Shown here: piece by piece, positions 16,665-26,593 of the stretch
Layout of the letters: each line of letters begins with the position of its first letter
Numbering within the stretch: the stretch's first letter is position 1
NCBI GenBank assembly: GCA_963841435.1
Contig: CAWJCS010000003.1
Location: forward strand, 736,001-800,000
Source: an uncultured delta proteobacterium
GTDB taxonomy: Bacteria > Myxococcota_A > Polyangia > Polyangiales > Polyangiaceae
Length of the DNA stretch: 64,000 bases
Direction of reading: 5' to 3'
Program-made: the position numbers and the translations under genes
The notes under the pieces: generated by a model
Told to the model about the DNA's origin: nothing
Seen by the model: only the letters and a program-made list of their open reading frames with translations
Databases searched by the model: none

Positions 16665-18164
16665 CTACCAGATGCGGAAGTTGCCGCTGACGTGGAGCAT
16701 GCCGAGCATGTAGAGCACCCCGTCCCAGTAGTTGTGGGAGGGGACGCCGGTCGACCAGAGCTTGTCGACGAAGGCTTTGCCCGAGGATGACGGCAAGGCG
16801 AAGCCCAGGGTGGAGTTGCACCCCACCGCTGCGCCGCCGTTGTTACGGGAGCTCGAGTAGGCGCCGAACTTGGGCGCATACGTGTCTTTCTGCCAGGGAT
16901 CTTTGCCGAACAGATACCAGTCCATCATGAGGTTGACGACGCATCGGGTCGAATCGGCATTGGCGCCTTGCGGGTTTGTGGCCGTGAAGCTCGCTTGGTA
17001 GGGACAGACGCCGTTGCTGTCCACCACCTTCTGCATGTAGGCGCGGCCCGCGGTCGCAGATTCCTTCCAGAAGTCCGCGTTCGCGGTGTCGAAGCAGGCC
17101 CACACCTCGTAGAAGGCCGGCAGGACGTACGAAGGATCCACGTTGTTCGAGCTGGAGACGAACTTGACCAGGTGGTATTGCGAGTTGAAGTACTTGGTCC
17201 GTATCACGTCGAGAACCCACTGGGCCTCGGTCGAGTAAGCGATCTTGGCGGTGCCGGTCGAGTCGCCCCAGCGGTGCGCGGCGAAGATGAGGGCGGTCGC
17301 GAAGTACTCCTCGCCGTCCGGCGCTCCACCGCCGGCGCACCCAGAGCCCGAGGTCTGGCACCGCCATCGAATCTCGCCGGTGCCTTGCGCCATGTGGTTC
17401 TTGACCCAGCTCCAGAGACGGTCGAACTCGGTCTGATGGTCGAGCTGAACCGCGACCATCATGCCGTAGGACATGCCTTCGGAGCGCACATCATTGTTGT
17501 AGATGTCCTGGACATACGATTCGTTAGCGCCGGGCCCGTTGAAGTAGATGGTCCCCGAGCCGCTGGGGTTGAAGAGCGAGGACCAGGCGCTGCTGACCTT
17601 CTGGTCGCTCTCCGCCTGGGTGTGACCGGAGACGGTGACGAAGAGATTGGCGTAGCTTGCGGGCGGCGTGCATTCGCCGCCGCTGCCGCCGCTGCCGCCG
17701 CTGCCGCCGCTGCCACCGCTACCGCCGCTGCCGGCGCCACCGGCGCCGGAGCCGCCGTCCGCGCGGCCACCCGAGCCCGCGCCTCCTGCGCCGCCGTTGG
17801 CACCACCCCCGCTTCCGCCCGCGCCGGCTTCGCCCGCGCGCCCGCCCGTGGCAGCGCCACCCGCGACGCCTCCCGCGCCTGCCGTCTGGGACGTCCCCCC
17901 CGAGCCCCCCTGGACCGACGAGCTCCCACCGGTCCCAGCGATCGTGCCACCCGTCCCCGCGCCTACGCCGCCCGTCCCAGCATTCGTGCCGCCGGCTCCG
18001 CTAACGCCGCCCGTCCCGGAGGATGTCGCGCCTGCCTCGGGCAATCCATCTCCACCCCGGCCCCCTGATCCACTTGGACCCAGCTCGCCGCCACTAGTTG
18101 AATCGCAACCCACCAGAAGGACAGCCAACGAAAGAATGGACAAACGAGATGAAACAGTGCGCAA
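16665..18164 (-). CDS. GH8 lipoprotein (xylanase / reducing-end exo-oligoxylanase-like)
   Basis: LLVGC lipobox and Gly linker; DVRSEGMSYGMM, FDRLWSW, APDGEEYFATAL and DPSYVLPAFYEVWA motifs. Confidence 0.9.
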   Translation of the reverse strand: MRTVSSRLSILSLAVLLVGCDSTSGGELGPSGSGGRGGDGLPEAGATSSGTGGVSGAGGTNAGTGGVGAGTGGTIAGTGGSSSVQGGSGGTSQTAGAGGVAGGAATGGRAGEAGAGGSGGGANGGAGGAGSGGRADGGSGAGGAGSGGSGGSGGSGGSGGSGGECTPPASYANLFVTVSGHTQAESDQKVSSAWSSLFNPSGSGTIYFNGPGANESYVQDIYNNDVRSEGMSYGMMVAVQLDHQTEFDRLWSWVKNHMAQGTGEIRWRCQTSGSGCAGGGAPDGEEYFATALIFAAHRWGDSTGTAKIAYSTEAQWVLDVIRTKYFNSQYHLVKFVSSSNNVDPSYVLPAFYEVWACFDTANADFWKESATAGRAYMQKVVDSNGVCPYQASFTATNPQGANADSTRCVVNLMMDWYLFGKDPWQKDTYAPKFGAYSSSRNNGGAAVGCNSTLGFALPSSSGKAFVDKLWSTGVPSHNYWDGVLYMLGMLHVSGNFRIW

Positions 18165-18299
18165 GGCGAGACTCCTTCCCCAATATAGCAGTTGCCTCGA
18201 ACGAGAGCTGCTGGTTCAATTTTCTTCTATTTCCGTCCGCCTAGCGCACCGGGAGTGAGATGCGATCAAGCATTCGCCGGTGGCTACGGCGGGAACATC

Positions 18300-18853
18300 G
18301 GGGCGTCGCTCGAATTCACGTTTCAGAGCGCTGGAGCCGCGCACTACCTGCGTGACCTCGGGGCGAAGACGCGGCGCGGATAGCGCAGCGCACCTCGCGA
18401 AGGCGGTGATCGCGCACAAGCTCAACGAGGGGGGCGTTCCCGCACCCTGCGGCGCCGGCGCGCCGGGCCTGGTTGGATGCAGTCGTGCATCCGCGAAATG
18501 CTCTCAATCCAAAGGTCGCCCCACGTGGGACGCCGTTCAGTCCCTGCTCGCCGAGCACGCGAAGCAGTACAAGGCGCGCGCCGTTCCGCACGGCACGACG
18601 GACTAACTGGTTACGGGCCTGCTCCGCTGCGGCTGTTGCCGCGCGCCGACGCCAATCATGGGCGGCAGCTCCGACCGTGCCCGCACCGCCCTCCGCAGCT
18701 ATTTCAAGAACGGCACCATCACGATGACGCCGGAGCCGCACGGCGCCGGCATGGCGTACGTCGCACGCGGCGAGTTCATGCCCCTCGCCTTGCTTCACCG
18801 ACACAAGCAGAAACGCCCTCCGAGGGAGGGCGCCGTCCATGTGTAGTTGCGCG
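18300..18853 (+). pseudogene. Large serine recombinase remnant 2 (internally deleted)
   Basis: Ordered fragments: YLRDLGAKTRRG* (helix E), IAHKLNEGGVPAP...GWMQSCIREML (recombinase domain), TWDAVQ...LVTGLLRCGCC (Zn ribbon), LRSYFKNG...VARGEFMPLALL. Confidence 0.8.
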
Positions 18854-19115
18854 GGGAGGATTTGCTCCGGCGCACCGATGCTGCTCGTTGATTCGCTTCG
18901 CGCGACCCGAGCAACCTCGGTTCCACGTCAGGACTAAAATCCTCCCCACAAAACCAAGCCCCGCGAAAGCGGGGCTTAGTAGTTGCGCGGGGAGGATTTG
19001 CTCCGGCGCACCGATGCTGCTCGTTGCTTCGCTTCGCGCGACCCGAGCAACCTCGGTTCCACGTCAGGACTAAAATCCTCCCCACAAAACCAAGCCCCGC
19101 GAAAGCGGGGCTTGG
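18844..19115 (-). repeat. Two tandem 136-bp tRNA-linked repeat units (B, C) directly 3' of tRNA-Met
   Basis: Exact period 136 (18844, 18980, 19116); each unit has a terminator hairpin, an anti-tRNA segment, an internal stem and a 21-nt copy of the tRNA 3' end. Confidence 0.95.
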
Positions 19116-19192
<77 letters not shown>

Positions 19193-19204
19193 TCAGAGGC
19201 GGGT

Positions 19205-19232
19205 AAGATAGCCACGCGCGCCTTCTTGTCAA
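19205..19232 (-). promoter_or_regulatory. Sigma70-type promoter of the tRNA
   Basis: TTGACA-16 bp-TATCTT followed by a GC-rich discriminator. Confidence 0.75.
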
Positions 19233-19359
19233 GCGCGCGACGCGGGATTTCCTGAAGGATTTTCGGGGGGTTTGGGGTGTGGGGCGACATCAGCCCGCAG
19301 GCCGCCTCGCGCTCGGTCGTGGGTGGCGGCGGGTGACGCGTTCGCCAGCGGACGGTTCG

Positions 19360-21006
19360 TCAGCCCGTGCGTTCGACGCGTCGTTGCGCGACTTCACGGA
19401 GGAACTCGTTGACGCGCAGGAGGAGCTCCGTCGGCAAGAAGGGTTTGGCGAGGAAGCGTTCGTCTTCGCCGAGCGAGGGGAGGCGGTCGCGGTCGGCGTA
19501 GCCGGACATGTAGAGGACCTTCAGGTCGGGCTGGCGCGCGCGCAGGTGCTCGGCGAGCTCGGGGCCCGTAACGCGCGGCATGACGACGTCGCTCACGAGT
19601 AGGTCGAGAGGGGCGCCGTGGGCAAGGGCGAGCTCGAGCGCTTGCGCGCCGTCGCGCGCTTCGAGCACCCGGTAGGCGCCGATGCGCAGGATGTTGACGA
19701 GCAGCCGGCGCACCTCGTCCTCATCGTCGACCACCATCACCGTTTCGATGCCCGTGAGCGGCACGAGGGGCTCGGGCGGGGCGGACGGCACGTCGACCGC
19801 GTTTTCCCGGGCGCGCGGCAGGTACACGGTGAAAATCGTCCCGCGACCCTCCGTGCTCTGGAGCGCGATGGCGCCACCGCTCTGGCGCACGATGCCGTCG
19901 ACCGTGGCAAGGCCGAGGCCCGTCCCCTTCCCCATCTCCTTGGTCGTGAAGAATGGCTCGAACACGTGCGTGCGGATCGCCTCGGGGATCCCCGTGCCCG
20001 TGTCGGACACCGTGAGGACGACGTACTCGCCCGTGGGAAGCCCGACGTCGCCCCCCTGCCCGTCGAGCTCGATGTCGGAGGTTTCGACCGTGACTCGCCC
20101 GCCCTTCGGCATGGCGTCGCGCGCGTTGAGCACGAGATTGAGGAGCACCTGCTCGACCTGCCCGGAGTCCGCGCGCGCAGGGTTCTTCGCGCCGAGCACG
20201 GTCAAAAGCTCGATCTCCTCGCCGATCAGCCGCTCGAGCATGCGGCGCAGGCCGTCGACGATGCGGTTCATGTCGAGTGGGCGAAGATTCAGGACCTGCT
20301 GGCGCCCGTAGGCGAGCAGCTGCCGCGTGAGATCGGCCGCGCGGCGCGCGCTCGAAAGCACCACCTCGGCGTGCGATTCGAGCGCGGGGTTGTCGCCCGT
20401 GCCGCGCCGCAAGAGCTCGGCGTGGCCCATGATGACGAGCAGCCGGTTGTTGAAGTCGTGGGCCACACCGCCGACGAGCCGCCCGATGGTTTCGAGCTTC
20501 TGCGATTGTTGCAGGCGCGCCTCGAGCTCGCGGCGCTCTTCGAACGCCCGCTCGGTCTCCGTCACGTCGAGGGTGTGCACGACGACGTAGCGGATGCGGC
20601 CGCGCTCGTCGCGCACGGCCGTCGCCGTCATCTCCACGTGTCGCCACTCGCCGCTGCGCCGCTTGATCCGCTTCTTGAGCCGGTACTCGTTGACCCGACC
20701 GTCGACCAGGAGTTGCAGGGCGCGCCGCTCTTCGTCGAAATCGTCCGGGTGCGTCACTTCCCGCCAGAGCTCGTAGGGATCCTGCTCGAGCACCTCGTTC
20801 CGCTCCATGCCGAGCAACTCGGCCTGAGCACGATTCACGTCGAGGTAGCGACCCGTCTCGAACGAGATCATCATCAGGCAGACGGGCGAGGCGTCGAACG
20901 CCAGGCGATAGCGCTCCAGCTCCCCGTCCTCTGCACATGCGGCCAAACTGCGCCGAGCTGCCCGCGACTCAGGCTGGTACTCCGCCTCGGACCCCTCGAT
21001 GGTCAT
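19360..21006 (-). CDS. PAS-domain hybrid sensor histidine kinase/response regulator
   Basis: PAS (THPDD), GGVAHDFNN H-box, NARDAMPKGG, FEPFFTTK..GKGTGLGL, and a receiver domain (VVDDE, SDVVMP, KPF). Confidence 0.95.
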   Translation of the reverse strand: MTIEGSEAEYQPESRAARRSLAACAEDGELERYRLAFDASPVCLMMISFETGRYLDVNRAQAELLGMERNEVLEQDPYELWREVTHPDDFDEERRALQLLVDGRVNEYRLKKRIKRRSGEWRHVEMTATAVRDERGRIRYVVVHTLDVTETERAFEERRELEARLQQSQKLETIGRLVGGVAHDFNNRLLVIMGHAELLRRGTGDNPALESHAEVVLSSARRAADLTRQLLAYGRQQVLNLRPLDMNRIVDGLRRMLERLIGEEIELLTVLGAKNPARADSGQVEQVLLNLVLNARDAMPKGGRVTVETSDIELDGQGGDVGLPTGEYVVLTVSDTGTGIPEAIRTHVFEPFFTTKEMGKGTGLGLATVDGIVRQSGGAIALQSTEGRGTIFTVYLPRARENAVDVPSAPPEPLVPLTGIETVMVVDDEDEVRRLLVNILRIGAYRVLEARDGAQALELALAHGAPLDLLVSDVVMPRVTGPELAEHLRARQPDLKVLYMSGYADRDRLPSLGEDERFLAKPFLPTELLLRVNEFLREVAQRRVERTG

Positions 21007-21063
21007 ACGGCCAATTTACCACCACGTTCCGGGCGAAACGACAAGACCCGACTTTCACCACCA

Positions 21064-21795
21064 CTACAAGCACGGATTCAGCGGGTCATTCGGGTCACCA
21101 CGACACGGGCGTGCAGGTTTCGGTGCCGGGCGCGCAGGCCTCGGCGCGCGGTGAGCGGGCGAAACCGTCGGTTTCGGTGGAGGCGTGGCGGCGGGCGGGT
21201 GCTCCGCGGCCTCGCGCACGAGGCGCTCGAGCGCGCGCACGCGCTCTTCCGAGAGGTCGAGCAGCGCGCGAACTTCTTTCGTCCGTGTTTCCGCGACGAG
21301 CAGCCGGCGCGTGTACGTTGCCTCGAGCGCGGCGAGGCGCGGCTCGTGAACGAAGAGCTCGAGCGCGACGGCGCCGCTCGTGGCGAGCACCGCCGCCAGA
21401 GCCGTTGCCCCGAGAGCACGCCGCGACGACCGCGCGCGCACCGAAGCCTGCTCGGCGGCGAGACGGAGCTCGTGCTGCGACTCGCGCACGCGGCGTTCGA
21501 CCTCCTGCTCCGCGCGTGCCGCCGCGAGGACCCGCTCGCGCTCGGCCTGTCGGATACCTTCGAGCCGCGCCTGCTCGGCGCGCTCCCGCTCCTCTTCCGC
21601 CTGGAGGCGGGCTCGCTCCCGTTCCGCCTCGCGACGCTGCCGCTCGGCAAGCGCCCGCGCCGCCTCGTCGCGAGCACGCTCGGCGGCCCTGGCCCGTGCG
21701 GCGGCGGCCTCGGCTTGCTCGACCACGCGCTCGCTCTCGAGCGTCATCAGCGAGTCGAGCGAAAAAAGCAGAGAGGAGTCGCGCGCGTTGGCCAT
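21064..21795 (-). CDS. Coiled-coil membrane-anchored protein
   Basis: SSLLFSLDSLM N-terminal motif, E/R/A-rich coil, TM helix, C-terminal CRGDPNDPLNPCL. Confidence 0.7.
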   Translation of the reverse strand: MANARDSSLLFSLDSLMTLESERVVEQAEAAAARARAAERARDEAARALAERQRREAERERARLQAEEERERAEQARLEGIRQAERERVLAAARAEQEVERRVRESQHELRLAAEQASVRARSSRRALGATALAAVLATSGAVALELFVHEPRLAALEATYTRRLLVAETRTKEVRALLDLSEERVRALERLVREAAEHPPAATPPPKPTVSPAHRAPRPARPAPKPARPCRGDPNDPLNPCL

Positions 21796-21974
21796 CAAAC
21801 TCCATGTTGAAACCCAGCTTGCGTCGATCGCTTGGGTGTTCTCGTACGGGGAGACGAGCGCGGGGTGGGTCCATCGTGACCCAGGGCTTTCGAGCCGCTC
21901 GGGGCGCGAGAAATCGGAAAATGGGTATTTCCATTCGCTCGAAGTTTTGGCATTCATGAAGCACGCGGCGCGTC

Positions 21975-22457
21975 ATGGCTTTGAGCTCGGCTACTCGACA
22001 CGACGGAGGCGGGGCAACGGTTGAGAGCGAGCCCGTGGACCGCAAGCCGCGACGCGGGCGGTCGCGAACCATCCGCCTTTTCCGCGTGACGCGGCGCGAG
22101 GCGCTGCTTGCCGGCGAGCGCGCCCAGGAGCTCGAGGCCGAAATCGAGCGGCCACACCGGCGCGAGGAGTGCGAGAACGCGCCGCGGCCCTGCCCCCACG
22201 TCTCGTGCCGCCACCACCTCTACCTCGACGTGAACCCCCAGACGGGGACCATCAAGCTGAATTTCCCCGATCTCGAGGTGTGGGAGCTCGGCGTTTCGTG
22301 TGCCCTCGACGTGGCCGACGCGGGCGGCGCCGCGATTGACCGCGTCGGGGAGCTCTTGAACGTGACGCGCGAACGCGTCCGCCAGATCGAGACGCACGCG
22401 CTCGACAAGCTCGGGACGCTGAAGGACACGCGCAGCCTGCGCGACCTCGACGACTGA
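21975..22457 (+). CDS. Sigma70 region-4 HTH DNA-binding protein with Cys/His motif
   Basis: [16 protein letters not shown]...[16 protein letters not shown]. Confidence 0.8.
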   Translation: MALSSATRHDGGGATVESEPVDRKPRRGRSRTIRLFRVTRREALLAGERAQELEAEIERPHRREECENAPRPCPHVSCRHHLYLDVNPQTGTIKLNFPDLEVWELGVSCALDVADAGGAAIDRVGELLNVTRERVRQIETHALDKLGTLKDTRSLRDLDD

Positions 22458-22505
22458 GCCCGCGTGGCGCGCGAGCGACGGCGAAAAGCCACCCTCGACG
22501 ACGCG

Positions 22506-23195
22506 TCAGGCGAAGACGAGCTGCCGCACCCACGAGAGCGCGGGCTCCGCAAGCATCGGAAAGAGCTTCCAGGCGACGAGCAGCCCGAGCAGCTCGGCCA
22601 TGGGTAGCTCGCGCATGCGGGCGTAGAGGCCGCCGCCGGCGCGAGGCAGCGCTCCCTGGACGACCGCGGCGCCGTCGAGCGGCGGGAGCGGGATCAGGTT
22701 GAAGAGGAAGAGCGTGACGTTCAGGCCGAGCATCACGGACAGGGCGCGAGCGAGGGCGCCGAGGGCGCTATGCCCGGTGTCGCCGGGCACGGCGACGAGA
22801 TCGAAGAAGCCGCTCGCGAAGTTGGGGGCCAAAACGCCGCTGTGGAGCATCACGCGCATGGCCACGAGCGCCACGAGCGCGAGAAAAAGGTTTGCCATGG
22901 GGCCGGCGAGCGCCATGAGCGCGGCGCGCGTGGGATGGCGCCGTGCCCACTCCGGGTTCAAAGGAACGCTCGCCCAGCCAATCATCCAGCCGTAAAGGAG
23001 GAAGGAGAGGATGGGGATCACCACCATGCCGGCAGGAGAGCGCCGGATGTGCGGCAACGGGTCCAGCGAAGCGTGTCCGCCGGCGTAGGCGGTCGGGTCG
23101 CCCCCGCGGTGCGCGACCCAGGCGTGGGCCGCCTCGTGGCAGGTGGTGCTAAAGACGAACACCAGATACCAGACGAGAAGCTCGGCAATGTGCAT
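22506..23195 (-). CDS. Site-2 protease (M50)
   Basis: HEAAH, AGP and [11 protein letters not shown] motifs. Confidence 0.92.
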   Translation of the reverse strand: MHIAELLVWYLVFVFSTTCHEAAHAWVAHRGGDPTAYAGGHASLDPLPHIRRSPAGMVVIPILSFLLYGWMIGWASVPLNPEWARRHPTRAALMALAGPMANLFLALVALVAMRVMLHSGVLAPNFASGFFDLVAVPGDTGHSALGALARALSVMLGLNVTLFLFNLIPLPPLDGAAVVQGALPRAGGGLYARMRELPMAELLGLLVAWKLFPMLAEPALSWVRQLVFA

Positions 23196-23260
23196 GGGGT
23201 CTGGTCGGCGTTGCGTGAAGTCGCTCGACGAGCGCGCTCTCTCTCGCCTAGCATCGATCC

Positions 23261-23707
23261 GTGTCTTTGAACCGCCTCCGGGTCCTTCTGTTCCTCGCGC
23301 TCGCTTGCTGTGCGCTCGCCGTCGGCTGCGGCGGTCCGGGCACGAGGCTCGTCACGGTCCGCGCCGGCGGCGACGGGGGGCGCATCGACTTTTCGGTGAA
23401 AAACCTCAGCGACGTGCCGATCAACACCTTCTATCTGGCGAGGACGGAGGCGGTCGACAAGGCGGGCGGCCCGGCCCTCGATCCAAACTCGCCCGAGGGA
23501 GCGGGGGTCTGGGGACCGGATCTCAGCGGGCAGGCCATCGGCATCGGGCACACGGAGCCGATCGGGGTCGCGGGGCCAGGGCGCTGGGACGCCCGGGCGG
23601 TCGATCGGCGGGGCCGGGAGCAGCTCATCACGGGCCTGAAGCTCAACGCCGGCGGCAAATACATCCTCGAGCTCTACGAGGGTGGCTGGCGAACGTACGG
23701 GTACTAG
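23261..23707 (+). CDS. Hypothetical lipoprotein
   Basis: LAVGC lipobox. Confidence 0.7.
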   Translation: MSLNRLRVLLFLALACCALAVGCGGPGTRLVTVRAGGDGGRIDFSVKNLSDVPINTFYLARTEAVDKAGGPALDPNSPEGAGVWGPDLSGQAIGIGHTEPIGVAGPGRWDARAVDRRGREQLITGLKLNAGGKYILELYEGGWRTYGY

Positions 23708-23942
23708 CCCCCTCGAGACGCCAACCGGTGGCCAAGCCAGAGCCAGATTCCGGCCACCAGGCCCGCCCGTGATCAGCGCGCCAATTAGGCCGGCCAGTGG
23801 GTCAGCATTTGGCGCCAGTCAGGGCCGGGTTTGGCCAGGATCGACCCTCTCGAGGGCCGTTGACCCGATGCGCCGATCAAAGTGCATATCCTGGATAGCT
23901 GGCGGTTTCTCGAAAATTTTTGGAATCTATTTCCGGTAACCT

Positions 23943-23962
23943 GCAACTTGCTCGCAAGTTGC
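23943..23962. promoter_or_regulatory. Perfect operator-like palindrome
   Basis: GCAACTTGC-tc-GCAAGTTGC, about 35 bp upstream of 23996. Confidence 0.55.
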
Positions 23963-23995
23963 TCGTCAGTTGCGTCAAAATGGTAGGATCTTGGG

Positions 23996-26591
23996 GTGGG
24001 CTGGCTCCGCGACCTGATCGCTGCCTCTCATTCGACCATCCGAGGCTTCGATGACCTGGCGCGGATCTGTCTTAATTCGGCCGACTGGCCGCAAGAAGCG
24101 ACCGTTGCACCCCGTTCGCTCGGGGCCATCCTCGGCCGGCTGGATCGGGAGGAGGGGCTCGACTGGCTCCGGGCGCGCCCCTTCGTGCAGTCCGCCCTCG
24201 CCCACGCGCTCGGCGTCGACGCCGCGGTGATCCAGGGCGCGCTCGAGCCGTCACTCCGCGCTTCGCTCGGGCGGCTCGTTGCGCTCGATGCGTTGCCGTT
24301 CGGGCGACCGCTCGACATCGTCGAGGAGGATTCTGTTCCCCGGCATTCCACCCGAGGTGCTGAGGCCGCGCAGCTGGGGGCATCTTTTGTGGGTCGCACC
24401 GAGCGGCGCCGGCCGCACCCTCGTCGCGCGGTTGCTCCAGGCGCGTGCGCTCGCCGCGTGTGGCCGCAAGGCCTCGGCGCCGCCCAGCGCGCGGCCGGCG
24501 TTTCTCGAGCTCGACGCGATCGCGCCGGTCAACCTGACGACGCTCGCCACCGGCGTGTGCATCGCCGTGCCGGAGGGCTTCTCCGGCAACGTGCCCCCCG
24601 GCACCATCGTGGTTCGCTCGACGCCGGTCGCTTCCGTGCTCGAGCCGCTCGTCGCGTGGGCAAGGGCGCGCCTGTCGGCGAGCTCGACCTGGGACGAGGC
24701 GCGCATGGCGCGCGCGCTCGAGGCGCTCGCGGAACGCGGGCTCGTGCAGAGCGCGGGCGACGCGCTCGGTTTCATCGGGCTGGGGGACGAGCTCGGCGTC
24801 GAAAACCTGGAGCAGCGCGCCCTCGCCCGGCTCGCGCGCGAATGGCTCGCGCGGCGCGCGAATCAGCGGCTCGAGCGCGGTTCCCCGGCAACGGCCTTCC
24901 TCAAGCGCTCGGGCTTCGACGCGCTCGTGGCGCTCGCCCGGCGGATCGCGACGGACTCCCCCGAGCCGCTCGCGTGCCCGCGGTCGCTCGAGGAGTGGGC
25001 AGCGCTCTTGCCGCCGGAGCTCAGGCAGGACGCCGATCTCGAGTGGCTGAAGGCCGCGCTCGCGCGCGCCGAGGCGGGTCTCACGCCGGCCGCCGTCGAA
25101 CGTGCCACCCGTGCCCTGCCGCCCGGTGCATTCCGGATCTTGCGCGCGTTCGAGGCCATCGGCGTGCTCGAACGCGAGGGCGACGATCGTCTCGCGCTCA
25201 GGCCGCACTGGCTGCTCAGGGTCGTCGAGGAGGAAGCGCTCGACGCGATCGTTTCGGGGCCGGCGTTCGACTGGGGCGACGCGCTGCTCCGCCCCGTGCT
25301 CGCGCCGCGCACCGCCGAACGGCTCTTCGCGCGCGCCGTCGAGGGCGCGTTGTCCATGGACGAGCTCGCCGAGCCCGAACGCTCGAAGGATCCGGCAACG
25401 GCCGCCGCCATCGAAGGCGGGCTGCGCGCGCTCGGCGTCGCCGCGCTCGTGAGCGGCTCGGGCATCGAGCCGCCCGAGGCCGTCTGGGACGAGCAGATGG
25501 CACTGCTCGTCGAGCTCGACGGCGATGCGCCGCCCAGGCCACGCTGGGATCACGTGCCGCGCGAGGGGCGCGGCGCCTGGCTGCTCACGCGCGGCGCCTT
25601 CTACCTCGCGCTCCTTTCGCTCGGTGAGCTGCTCGGCGCGCACGAGGGTCTGCCGCACCCCATCTTGCGCCCCTGGCACGCGACAACCGCGCCCCGCGGG
25701 CTCGCTCGGGTGCTCGACGCGATCCGAACGACGCTCGAGCGCGCCGACACGCCGCGCGCCGTGATCGGGCCGGCCGTCGCGCTCGTTGCGCGCCTGCGCA
25801 GCGTGCTCGGGCCGCTCGGCGCGGACGGCGAGCCGCACGCCCTCGAGCGGGCGCCGATCGTCGCCGACGAGACGACGCTCGGCGTGCTCGACTTCGCGAG
25901 CGTTGCCGCGCTGTCGGGTGACCGCGTGGGGCTCGCGGCGCTCGTCCATCTGTTGCAGAGCCGGCGCATCGACGACGACACGTTCGCGGCCGCCGTCTTC
26001 CAGGCGTTCGAGCGCGCGGGCGCGCCGCTCGAAGAGGCAGCCGTGCTCTTCGAGCCCGAGCTCGCGCCCATCGTGCTGCCCCGCGCGCCCGTGCTCGTGC
26101 TTTCGCGCCTGCTGCCGGGCCTCGTCACGGCGAGCGAGCCGCCGCCGCTCACGGACGAGCAATGGGTGGAGCTGTTCGATGGCCGCACGCCGCTCGAGAG
26201 CGACCTTTATCGCTTCGTGCCCGCAGGCGCGGTGGACGCCGCCGTCGACGCGGCGTGCGAAAAGGGCGACCGCGCGGCGCTCGAGCACCTGTGGGCGCGC
26301 TTCCCCGCCGCGCTGGCCGACGTGGCGCGCGCGGCGCTGTCGGCGCCGGGCGACGGCGGCACGTTCGGCGGGCTCGACGCCCTGCTCGAGAGCGCGCCGC
26401 CGCGCGCCGCCGAACGCCTGTTCGAGGGCGTCGGCAACGTGGACCAGCTTCTGCGCGCGCCGGCCGAGAGCCTGATGGCGCTCCGGCGCCACCTCTACCG
26501 GCGACTCGCCGCGCGAGGGCCGGGATTTCGTGAGTCGTATGCGCTCTTCGACGAGATCGAGCGGCGCTGTGCCAAGGTTTCGGGCATCTGA
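23996..26591 (+). CDS. Large hypothetical protein (possible N-terminal HTH, degenerate P-loop, helical C-terminus); frameshift near 24330
   Basis: ORF 23996 (...RPLDIVEED) continues as LFPGIPPEVL...WVAPSGAGRTL in the frame of ORF 24279-26591. Confidence 0.7.
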
Positions 26592-26593
26592 CC

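Noticed and set aside
18948-18988. Integron attC site (AAC...GTT around a hairpin)
   Set aside because: Only about 41 bp, lacks L boxes and the RYYYAAC/GTTRRRY consensus, and no integron integrase is present.
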